DNA from: a virus
Lineage: Duplodnaviria > Caudoviricetes
Virus record (IMG/VR): IMGVR_UViG_3300006919_000067
Span: 1-55,435 of that record
Strand: one strand, 5' to 3'
DNA length: 55,435 nucleotides
Part shown: piece after piece, positions 10,679 to 18,426 of the stretch
Numbering within the stretch: position 1 is the stretch's first letter
How the letters are laid out: each line of letters opens with the position of its first letter
Notes under the pieces: generated by a model
Told to the model about the DNA's origin: nothing
The model's database searches: none
The model's input: only the letters and a program-made list of their open reading frames with translations
Position numbers and translations under genes: made by a program

Positions 10679-11607
10679 TAACCTGCTCCTGACGATATTA
10701 AGTTGTTTTCTGCAGATGCCCTTAAAGAAGCTTGATAACCATCATATGCTTCTCTTGCTGCCAAAGGTCTTCTAGGATAACCTTCTTCTGCAGCCCTCTC
10801 ATATCTATGAAAGAAATGATAAGTAGAGTTCATGTCATTTTTCGGACCATCAAAGTTAGCGATATTAGCAGGGTTACTTAAATGATCCCAACATCTATGT
10901 GTACGATTTGTTTTCATGTCAAATATAAGGAACTTTAACTGTAAGAATAAATCATATGGATCTTCGTTTAGTTCTGCAGCATATGCTTCTACGCTTTGCC
11001 ATCTTCCCCATTTGGAGTTCCACTGAGCTATACCTCTAGAATCTTCTTTTTCATTTTGAAGTTTAGCATTAGGATCAAAGTTACTTTCAACCTCTAAGTT
11101 TCCACATACCCCTGCAGCCGCTTTTATTGGTAAACCATTACTAACTAAAAAATCCATAACAAGAACTCTTAACTCTGCAACCTCTGCATTACCATTTCTA
11201 TAGATTTGTTTTTGTTGTTCAGTAACAATAACTCCTTCTTTACCAATGTTCTTTGTGTCTAGAAGATTAACTCTTCCACCCTCTGCAGCCGCCCTTACTT
11301 GTGGTGAAGATGGTTGTTCGATATGGCTCATAGATCCAAGTATGATAGGATTTTGCGAAGTTACACCATCTAAAAAGAAACCAAATACCAATGCACTATT
11401 CTTTAGTTGAGGTATTTTACCTACGCCTGATACACCACCTTCTGTAGTCGGTAACATCGTTTCTGCCCATGGCAAATATTTATTTTCAACTTCTTCAGAA
11501 TGAATGCCATATATTCTAACTTGAAATCTACCAGCCTCATCAGGATCTTGACTACTGATAATCCTACCTACAAACCATCGGATGTTGTCACCATAATATT
11601 CGTTCAT
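10678..11607 (-). CDS. gp5 N-terminal OB-fold fused to a phage tail lysozyme (Phage_lysozyme2-like)
   Basis: WFVGRI...DP..GRFQVRIYGIH..LPWA...VFGFFLDG..QNPIILGS is the gp5 OB fold; AAAGVCGNLEVESNFDP...GIAQW is the tail-lysozyme motif. Confidence 0.85.
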   Translation of the reverse strand: MNEYYGDNIRWFVGRIISSQDPDEAGRFQVRIYGIHSEEVENKYLPWAETMLPTTEGGVSGVGKIPQLKNSALVFGFFLDGVTSQNPIILGSMSHIEQPSSPQVRAAAEGGRVNLLDTKNIGKEGVIVTEQQKQIYRNGNAEVAELRVLVMDFLVSNGLPIKAAAGVCGNLEVESNFDPNAKLQNEKEDSRGIAQWNSKWGRWQSVEAYAAELNEDPYDLFLQLKFLIFDMKTNRTHRCWDHLSNPANIANFDGPKNDMNSTYHFFHRYERAAEEGYPRRPLAAREAYDGYQASLRASAENNLISSGAG

Positions 11608-12959
11608 TCTTGAATACTCCGACTTGCAAGTTTACTTAAATCTAAAGCGACTGTGTGTCTTTCCCCAACAACATCAAAGCAATGACGTTTTGCCAATATT
11701 ACAAAATCACCAGATCTCTTTTCATCGATTGTAGTGTTTGTTCTAATATCAGTGTTGTTTCTTTTGACATTCATACTAACTTGATGCCCCACACATGTTT
11801 TTATATTATTTACAGAGAAAAGTAATCCTGGCATGTTTATCGAATATATGTTTTTCAGTAAATGACTAATAACACTTTTTCTTATCATAGTATATATTTC
11901 TGCTGCAGGATATGCTTCCTGACTAAATCCATTCGTGTCATTGTAAGGCTGTGAAGTAACTCTAGTTACTACTTTAGTATTGTAATCAGTAATAGACTTA
12001 TTATTTAACTTTGATGGATCTGCAATAAACTTTTTATCAAAGGCAATAAAGTTTTGTTCTCTAGGGAAAATTTCAGCTTCTGTTAGTCTAGCAAACCAAT
12101 CTCTCATATCTAGATGAAAGTTAAATGGAGATCCAGTAGTAGCATTGACAGAGTTATATTGCGCCCCCATACCACCATCTAGTGCTATCTCTAAAGTGTT
12201 TTCTAATAATCCTAAATCTAAATTGGTTATATTTACAGCTTGTGATTCAATATCGCTTTGAACGGTATTGAACTGATCAAACACGAAAGGTCTATCTTTA
12301 TTAAAAGATTCTTCTTGTATTATGGTTTGTAAGTCAGTGAGATAAAACTTATTGTCGATAACAGAGGAATATAAAAAGAATGGCAATCCACTCTCTGTAG
12401 TCATTTTACTTAATACTGTATCAATAGCACTCAAAGGATCTTGAAAAGGCACAATGTATCTAAATGCTTGTTGGAAGGAAGAAACTTTACTTTCTATAAC
12501 AACCTCTCTACCAAGCTTGTCTTTTGCAATAGCTGATATGATTTCTTCACCAGTTCCAGTATATGCCTTACTAAACCTAATGAGATCGTTGTAAAACTTT
12601 ATATCTTCTATTAAGGCTATCGACAAAAAAGAAGATTGATCATTGGTCTTTATATTGTCAGTAATCTCTTCGATTAGAAAAGTCTTTGTTATCACTCCTG
12701 ATGATTTATCAGGAGACTCAAACTCAACAACAACCTTTTCAGTACCCACAAGATCAGCTACCCTATAAATGTCTAAATCATCTTGAATGATTATACCGCC
12801 TGTTAGATATCCCTTAGATAAGTTTTCATATATATTAACCTCAACAACAACGCCAGACTTACCATTCCCTGAAAGAAACAAGGGTTGATTGTATCGATCT
12901 GCTTCCAATCGAATACTAATAATCTTAAGCTGTTCTGCTGATACTAGTGGAGTTGCCAT
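11604..12959 (-). CDS. Baseplate hub/tail protein (gp27-like position)
   Basis: EVNIYENL..GYLTG, FFLY and SGDFVI motifs; lies between gp53 and gp5. Confidence 0.55.
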   Translation of the reverse strand: MATPLVSAEQLKIISIRLEADRYNQPLFLSGNGKSGVVVEVNIYENLSKGYLTGGIIIQDDLDIYRVADLVGTEKVVVEFESPDKSSGVITKTFLIEEITDNIKTNDQSSFLSIALIEDIKFYNDLIRFSKAYTGTGEEIISAIAKDKLGREVVIESKVSSFQQAFRYIVPFQDPLSAIDTVLSKMTTESGLPFFLYSSVIDNKFYLTDLQTIIQEESFNKDRPFVFDQFNTVQSDIESQAVNITNLDLGLLENTLEIALDGGMGAQYNSVNATTGSPFNFHLDMRDWFARLTEAEIFPREQNFIAFDKKFIADPSKLNNKSITDYNTKVVTRVTSQPYNDTNGFSQEAYPAAEIYTMIRKSVISHLLKNIYSINMPGLLFSVNNIKTCVGHQVSMNVKRNNTDIRTNTTIDEKRSGDFVILAKRHCFDVVGERHTVALDLSKLASRSIQE

Positions 12960-14018
12960 TTAACTTCTCAATAGTTTTTGAAATTCACTGCTTACCTGTG
13001 CTGCAACACTTGGCGTAAATATGTTAATGTTTCTTAGTTCATTATTTGTAGCTATCAGTCTATCTAGATATGTGACAGGTATTTTATTTAGTTGTCCAAC
13101 TTGATTATCAACACCACCACCAATATTAATATTTAAATCAACAATATTTTGATTAGTGTCAGTATAATACGCAGCAGCATTATATTGCAAAGTGCTATCA
13201 GAAGTGATTAAACTTCGGACCAAATCGTCATCCCACAATAATACATTAGGTTCATTGGGTTGTGAAAAAATAGTAGTATTTCTAGGCAGTGTGAAAGAAG
13301 ATATTTGTGCAGTTGCTGTTGCCTGTGTTCCATTTGCAATATTTGGTTCTGATATGGTTATTGTTGGAGCACTAGTAAACTCTTCACCACCTGTCAATAC
13401 AGCTATTGATTGTATTGTTTGAGAAGTAAGTATAGTATCCCCATCAAGATAGGTCATAATTGCTTGCGCAGTTGCACCCTTACCACCACCACCCGATATG
13501 GTTACTGTGGGTGGAGACGTGTAACCACTGCCCCCATTAGTCAGTGTTATTGACTTAACATCAATAATAGGTTTAACTGTAAGTTGACCAAGATCATAGT
13601 TCTTCTCTAATATTTTAGCCTTAAATGCTGTTCCAAACTCATCAAGATCTGATCTATCCGCAACAACATCGCCAATATAAAACTCTCCATGCATTCGTGA
13701 CGTGGTATTGATTACTCTATTAGGATAATAAAGCTTTGCAGCATCATAAACCTCTAGACTACTCATAGGCCAGCCTTGCTTGCGAAGATCAGAGTTCAAT
13801 AAGAAAAATGTCCAATAAAAGTCAGAGGTTCCATATAACTCATACGAAAGAACATCAGGTCTTTGACCATCTTGAATATAATACTTTTCATAGAAGGACG
13901 CATCATCAGCTATTTGATCGATGAGATCAATATAAGTCGTAAGGTTGTGGAACGTGGTATCGAATGTTTCGTTACCAAAGTTATAAGCCACTGTGGGAAA
14001 GTTTCTAAAAAATGACAT
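12960..14018 (-). CDS. gp53: Baseplate wedge subunit gp53 with an internal beta-repeat insertion
   Basis: SFFRNFPTVAY, YYIQDGQRPDVLSYELYG...YWTFFLLN...WP and C-terminal NNELRNINI motifs. Confidence 0.85.
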   Translation of the reverse strand: MSFFRNFPTVAYNFGNETFDTTFHNLTTYIDLIDQIADDASFYEKYYIQDGQRPDVLSYELYGTSDFYWTFFLLNSDLRKQGWPMSSLEVYDAAKLYYPNRVINTTSRMHGEFYIGDVVADRSDLDEFGTAFKAKILEKNYDLGQLTVKPIIDVKSITLTNGGSGYTSPPTVTISGGGGKGATAQAIMTYLDGDTILTSQTIQSIAVLTGGEEFTSAPTITISEPNIANGTQATATAQISSFTLPRNTTIFSQPNEPNVLLWDDDLVRSLITSDSTLQYNAAAYYTDTNQNIVDLNINIGGGVDNQVGQLNKIPVTYLDRLIATNNELRNINIFTPSVAAQVSSEFQKLLRS

Positions 14019-14019
14019 A

Positions 14020-14982
14020 TTATCCTGCCCCTGCTGATATTACATAGTTTGGATTATCTATTGCAGTAACCTCACTTATAATATCTCTCTTAGTCAATGC
14101 TCTTTCTTCTACAAATGATAGTGAAATGTCTGTTTCTTGGAAGTTACCGTCCTTGTGAAAAGCCATACCTGTCGCATTATACACAACATCAACGTTAGCC
14201 AAGAAAGATGGTAATATCTTAGTTGCAACTCTTTTATTGTCATAGAACATTTTTATGTTGAACTTACTAGGAAATCTCAGTGCTGCATTCAATCCCTCAT
14301 CAGAAGTATCAGGATACATTTCTTCTCTAAAGAACTGAACTATCTGTTTGACTTCCTCTGCCTCTACTTGAGAAGTTGGAATCATTTTAAATGTAAACCT
14401 AAACTGTCTAACTCCAATGCCTCTGAGAGTAGATCTTCTGTTAGGGTTCAATGCAATGCCTGTTGTAGTTTCAATAGCACCTTGAACTTCAGGACTAAGC
14501 TTACTAGATAAACGAAGTGCTGCAACCTGTGCGCCCTCACTCTTAAGTCCTACATTGAAAGCCTCTTGTATTGAAGCAAAGTCTGGTGTGATATTATTTT
14601 TTATCGCACCAAGAACTGCTCTCCCACTAGCATTCGGATCTCCCAAAGAGTTTGCTGCTGCAGAACCTATGATACCAAGATCAACATTAGTGTATTCAAT
14701 GTTATCCTGAAACTGTAAGGTTGAAGGTAAATACATTGTAGCCTTACGCCCACTACCAACACGTGTAGGTATATTTCCTCTGACTGTTTTTTGTTGTCCT
14801 TTGAATCCTGTTTCAGGCTGTGTTGCACGTTCTCTATTAGTTGTTTGAGAAGCCGCTTCAACTAAGCCACTGAACACAGTTTCAGGCAGAGTCTTATAGT
14901 TCTCTTGAATAGCCTCAAAAGTTATCCTACCCTTGTAACCATCATCTTCTAGAGGAAACTTAAAGTTTTTCTTGTATGCCAT
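14020..14982 (-). CDS. gp48: Baseplate tail-tube cap gp48
   Basis: MYLP, ALNP...RQFRFTFKMIPTSQVEAEEVKQIVQFFR and ISLSFVEERALTK motifs. Confidence 0.85.
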   Translation of the reverse strand: MAYKKNFKFPLEDDGYKGRITFEAIQENYKTLPETVFSGLVEAASQTTNRERATQPETGFKGQQKTVRGNIPTRVGSGRKATMYLPSTLQFQDNIEYTNVDLGIIGSAAANSLGDPNASGRAVLGAIKNNITPDFASIQEAFNVGLKSEGAQVAALRLSSKLSPEVQGAIETTTGIALNPNRRSTLRGIGVRQFRFTFKMIPTSQVEAEEVKQIVQFFREEMYPDTSDEGLNAALRFPSKFNIKMFYDNKRVATKILPSFLANVDVVYNATGMAFHKDGNFQETDISLSFVEERALTKRDIISEVTAIDNPNYVISAGAG

Positions 14983-15012
14983 CTGCCTACCTAAATATAA
15001 AAAAGTTTCTAT

Positions 15013-15020
15013 TATTTATA
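15013..15020 (-). promoter_or_regulatory. T4-type late promoter TATAAATA (gp48 operon)
   Basis: Exact motif about 30 nt upstream of the gp48 ATG, in the divergent gp48/gp4 gap. Confidence 0.8.
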
Positions 15021-15028
15021 AGGTATCT

Positions 15029-15520
15029 ATGGCATATTCTGGCAAGTATAATGTTAAAAACCGTTCTAAGTACAAAGGTGATGCTGATAATGTAGTCTTT
15101 AGATCTCTTTGGGAAAGAAATGCGTTCAAGTGGTGTGATGATGCAAAGGATATTGTCGCATGGTCTAGTGAAGAAGTTGTAATACCTTACTTCTATGAGG
15201 TTGATAAGAAGTACCATAGATACTTCATGGATCTTAAGATCACATACAAAAATGGGAAGACAGTTCTAGTTGAAATAAAACCTAATAAAGAAACTGCACC
15301 ACCTAAGTTCAATGGTAGAAAGTCTAAAAGATATATTAGTGAAGGAATGACCTATGTAAAGAATATGAACAAGTGGGCTGCTGCACAAAACTATGCTGCA
15401 GATCGTGGATGGGGATTCCAAATTTGGACTGAGAATGAACTCAGTGCCATGGGTATCTTACCTAAACCAAAGAAAACTATAAAGCCCTTGAAGCCACTAC
15501 GCAAACCTAAAAAGAAATAG
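15029..15520 (+). CDS. gp4: Head completion nuclease gp4 (TnsA-like)
   Basis: MAYSGKY..KNRSKYKGD...RSLWE, WSSEEVVIPY, HRYFMD, EIKP and KWAAA motifs. Start moved from 14972 to the MAYSG ATG. Confidence 0.92.
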   Translation: MAYSGKYNVKNRSKYKGDADNVVFRSLWERNAFKWCDDAKDIVAWSSEEVVIPYFYEVDKKYHRYFMDLKITYKNGKTVLVEIKPNKETAPPKFNGRKSKRYISEGMTYVKNMNKWAAAQNYAADRGWGFQIWTENELSAMGILPKPKKTIKPLKPLRKPKKK

Positions 15521-15535
15521 TTAAGGAAAATAAAA

Positions 15536-16123
15536 GTGAAGATATTCATAGATTGTGGAGCAAATAAAGGTTCCGACATTGATATGTTTAAGATTAATCA
15601 TAAGGATCATCAATCGTGGAGAATGATTGCTTTTGAACCTAATCCTAAATGTGTTGATTATATGTTACTTAACGGCAAGTTAGATAATGTCGAACTTATT
15701 GAAAAGGCAGTTTGGATTGAAGATTCAACTATGACTTTTAATATTGGATCTAACACTAAATCTAGCACACTTAGATCAGATAAAAAAACACACATGTCTA
15801 ATAAAAAAATGACTGTTAAAACGGTTGATCTTTCGAAATATGTTTCTCAGTTCAATGAAGAAGATTATATAATACTTGCTTTAGATGTTGAAGGTGCTGA
15901 GTATGAAGTTCTAGAAAAAATGTTAAAGGAAAAGATAATTGATTTGGTTGATGAGATATATGTAGAATTTCATACTCAGAAAATGAAAAATAGTAAAGAG
16001 GACAACTTACAACTTAGACAAGATAAAATCACAGAACAACTAATAGAGAAACTAGGTTCAGATAATGTTTATATTCATGAAGGTCATAACGCTAAGAAAT
16101 TCAAAACACTAGTCAAAACATAG
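15536..16123 (+). CDS. FkbM-family SAM-dependent methyltransferase
   Basis: FIDCGANKG, AFEPNP, LDVEGAEYEVL and YVEFH motifs. Confidence 0.85.
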   Translation: MKIFIDCGANKGSDIDMFKINHKDHQSWRMIAFEPNPKCVDYMLLNGKLDNVELIEKAVWIEDSTMTFNIGSNTKSSTLRSDKKTHMSNKKMTVKTVDLSKYVSQFNEEDYIILALDVEGAEYEVLEKMLKEKIIDLVDEIYVEFHTQKMKNSKEDNLQLRQDKITEQLIEKLGSDNVYIHEGHNAKKFKTLVKT

Positions 16124-16154
16124 TATACTCACCCACCTCAAAGACCTCTCTTTA

Positions 16155-16182
16155 ATTATATACATTTTTAATGATTCGTCAA
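16155..16182 (-). promoter_or_regulatory. Sigma70-type promoter (TTGACG-N16-TATAAT) with GAATC overlapping -35, oriented antisense to FkbM/gp4
   Basis: Minus strand TTGACGAATCATTAAAAATGTATATAAT, near-identical to the rnh promoter at 49446-49473. Confidence 0.65.
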
Positions 16183-16195
16183 CCCCTAAAATAGA

Positions 16196-16203
16196 TATAA
16201 ATA
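16196..16203 (+). promoter_or_regulatory. T4-type late promoter TATAAATA (gp2 operon)
   Basis: Exact motif 5 nt before the gp2 ATG, implying a nearly leaderless mRNA. Confidence 0.8.
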
Positions 16204-16208
16204 ACATT

Positions 16209-16793
16209 ATGGCAAACTTATTTAAAAACCTAGAAATAGAAGCATTCAGAGCAGGTATCACCCCTAGATCAAAAGAGTCTAGGGATTGGTTCCGTAAAAG
16301 GCTTTCTGGAATTAAAAAAATAAACCGTAACGAATTGATGAAAGATGAATCAATAAATCTTAAAAATAGAACTTTGGTTGGTTCTATGCAGATGTTTTTT
16401 TATGACCCCAAGCACAAAGATACGTTGCCATACTACGATAGCTTTCCATTAGCTATTGTTATTGGTCCTGCTAAAGGTGGGTTCCTTGGACTAAACCTTC
16501 ACTATTTACCGCTTCCATTAAGAGCAAAATTCTTAGATGCACTTATGGATGTTACAACCAACAACAAGTTTAACGATAGCACTAAGTTTGATATTACCTA
16601 TGATATGCTAAAAGCTTCGACTAAGATGAAATATTTTAAGCCTTGTGTGAAGCATTATTTAAGTAAACATGTAAGAAGTAGATTTGCTAGAATACCTGCA
16701 CCCGAATGGGAAATTGCAACGTTCTTACCTACTGCTGATTGGCAGAAAAGCACCCAAACCAAAGTTTGGAGAGACTCAAGGGGAATGATTTAA
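16209..16793 (+). CDS. gp2: DNA end protector gp2
   Basis: FFYDPKHKDTLPYYDSFPL, GLNLHYLP and FKPCVKHYL motifs. Confidence 0.93.
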   Translation: MANLFKNLEIEAFRAGITPRSKESRDWFRKRLSGIKKINRNELMKDESINLKNRTLVGSMQMFFYDPKHKDTLPYYDSFPLAIVIGPAKGGFLGLNLHYLPLPLRAKFLDALMDVTTNNKFNDSTKFDITYDMLKASTKMKYFKPCVKHYLSKHVRSRFARIPAPEWEIATFLPTADWQKSTQTKVWRDSRGMI

Positions 16794-17512
16794 TGGCTAG
16801 TGTCGATCAATTAAAAAGCTTAGTGTCTAGAAAAGATGGTATAGCACGTCCAAACGTATTCAGAGTTAAGCTACCATCAATCCCTGGTGCTACCTCCGAA
16901 GAAGTAAACTTGCTCTGTAAGGACGTTGTATTGCCCGGTAAGCAGGTTCTGACGAATGAACGCAGGATTGGTATGCAAATGCAAAAGGTTCCTTATGGGT
17001 ATGCCGTTACAGACATTTCTATGACCTTCCAAGTTTTAAATGATTATGGTATCCGAAAGTACTTTGATACTTGGCAAAGTCTTGCTGTAGATCAAGATGG
17101 GCAGACAGCAGGATACCTCAGAGGCAAAGAAGGATATGGAAAGCAGATTGTGATTGAACAGTTGAAGAAAGGTATTGGTCTTCCTGTTTACTCCACACCT
17201 CTTGGCATTCCTAAACTACCATCAGAAATACAGAATAGATTGCCTAAGTTTGGTCCTATTGATCTTGCACAAGGTCAGTTTGACTTGGACTTTGTGACAG
17301 GTGATGATGTAATATATTCGTGTACGTTGTTTGATGCATTCCCCACTACCATGAACGATATTCAGTTGAACAATGATGTTGATGGTGTCGTGGAGTTAAA
17401 TGTGCAGATGTCATATACAAAATGGATTCCAAATGAAGTTGAAGCTACAAGTAACGTAGAAAAGTTTTTGACAACTCAAATAGGAACAGCAATAGGAAGA
17501 GTATTTAATTAA
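16793..17512 (+). CDS. Tail tube initiator, gp54/gp19-like
   Basis: ARPNVFRV, LLCKDVVLPG, IRKYFDTWQ, LFDAFPT and LNVQMSY motifs. Start moved to the ATG overlapping the gp2 stop (TAATG). Confidence 0.8.
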   Translation: MASVDQLKSLVSRKDGIARPNVFRVKLPSIPGATSEEVNLLCKDVVLPGKQVLTNERRIGMQMQKVPYGYAVTDISMTFQVLNDYGIRKYFDTWQSLAVDQDGQTAGYLRGKEGYGKQIVIEQLKKGIGLPVYSTPLGIPKLPSEIQNRLPKFGPIDLAQGQFDLDFVTGDDVIYSCTLFDAFPTTMNDIQLNNDVDGVVELNVQMSYTKWIPNEVEATSNVEKFLTTQIGTAIGRVFN

Positions 17513-17524
17513 AGGATGAAATGA

Positions 17525-18232
17525 ATGGCACTACCTAAACTAAATGATAAACCAAAGTATGAACTTGTTATACCTTCGTCACAGCAAGCCGTTAGATTTA
17601 GACCATATCTCGTAAAGGAAGAGAAGGTCTTGATGTTAGCAATGGAGAGTGAAGATCAAACACAAGTCTTTAATGCTATTGCAGACACTATTGAAGCTTG
17701 TGTCGAAGAACCAATAAGCAAAAGAGCACTGACTAGTTTTGATGTTGAATATATGTTCGTTAAGATTAGATCTAAGTCTGTGGGAGAAAATATAGAACTA
17801 AAGCCTAAATGTGAACATTGTGAAGCTGAAAATGAAGTAAAGATTATTCTTGATGATATAACTTTGGATATGCCTGATGTTGATTATGTTATAAAGTTAA
17901 ACAACGATATTAGTATTAGGATGCAGTATCCGACATACCTTAGTATTATGGATTTGGCTAGTCTTGATGTGAAGTCTAATACAGAACAAACATTTGCAAT
18001 GATTTTAAAGTGTATTGAATCTGTTATGACTGAAGATGAAAATATGCCGTTTAAGGATGAAACTTATAGTTCTCAGATGGAGTTTGTAGAGTCTTTAAGT
18101 TCTGAACAGTTTGATATGATTAGGAAGTTTATTGAGACCATGCCACAAGTGACCTATGATGCGTCATATGAATGTGTTGGGTGTCAAAAGAAAAATGAGT
18201 TAGTTTTGAAAGGTATGAATGATTTTTTTTAG
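17525..18232 (+). CDS. gp26: Baseplate hub assembly protein gp26
   Basis: MALPKL..PKYELVIPS...FRPYLVKEEKVL, FDVEYMFVKIRSKSVGE and two CxxC motifs; ends ...NDFF*. Confidence 0.9.
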   Translation: MALPKLNDKPKYELVIPSSQQAVRFRPYLVKEEKVLMLAMESEDQTQVFNAIADTIEACVEEPISKRALTSFDVEYMFVKIRSKSVGENIELKPKCEHCEAENEVKIILDDITLDMPDVDYVIKLNNDISIRMQYPTYLSIMDLASLDVKSNTEQTFAMILKCIESVMTEDENMPFKDETYSSQMEFVESLSSEQFDMIRKFIETMPQVTYDASYECVGCQKKNELVLKGMNDFF

Positions 18233-18426
18233 TATCTCTTTCCCATGATAACTTGGTGAACTACTATCAAGTTAATTTTCAGTTGATACAGAACCACAAC
18301 TATTCTTTAGATGATGTTGAAAATATGATGCCTTGGGAAAGAGAAATCTACTTAGCTATGTTGATCGATCAAATAGAAGAACAAAGAAGAGAAGCTGAAA
18401 GGCAGAAGATGAGCAATGGCAGATAA
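18223..18426 (+). CDS. gp51: gp51-like hub assembly catalyst; no ATG/SD of its own, probably translated by -1 frameshift from gp26
   Basis: Not in ORF track. The -1 frame reads FFLVSLSHDNLVNYYQVNFQLIQNHNYSLDDVENMMPWEREIYLAML...; ENMMPWEREIY is the short gp51 motif. Confidence 0.8.
   Translation, partial: FFLVSLSHDNLVNYYQVNFQLIQNHNYSLDDVENMMPWEREIYLAMLIDQIEEQRREAERQKMSNGR

Noticed and set aside
1372-13422. Numerous + strand ORFs opposite the baseplate genes (and similar shadows elsewhere, e.g. 18922-19371, 47937-48476, 49624-50004)
   Set aside because: They are antisense shadows of well-supported genes, with no SD sites or recognisable motifs.
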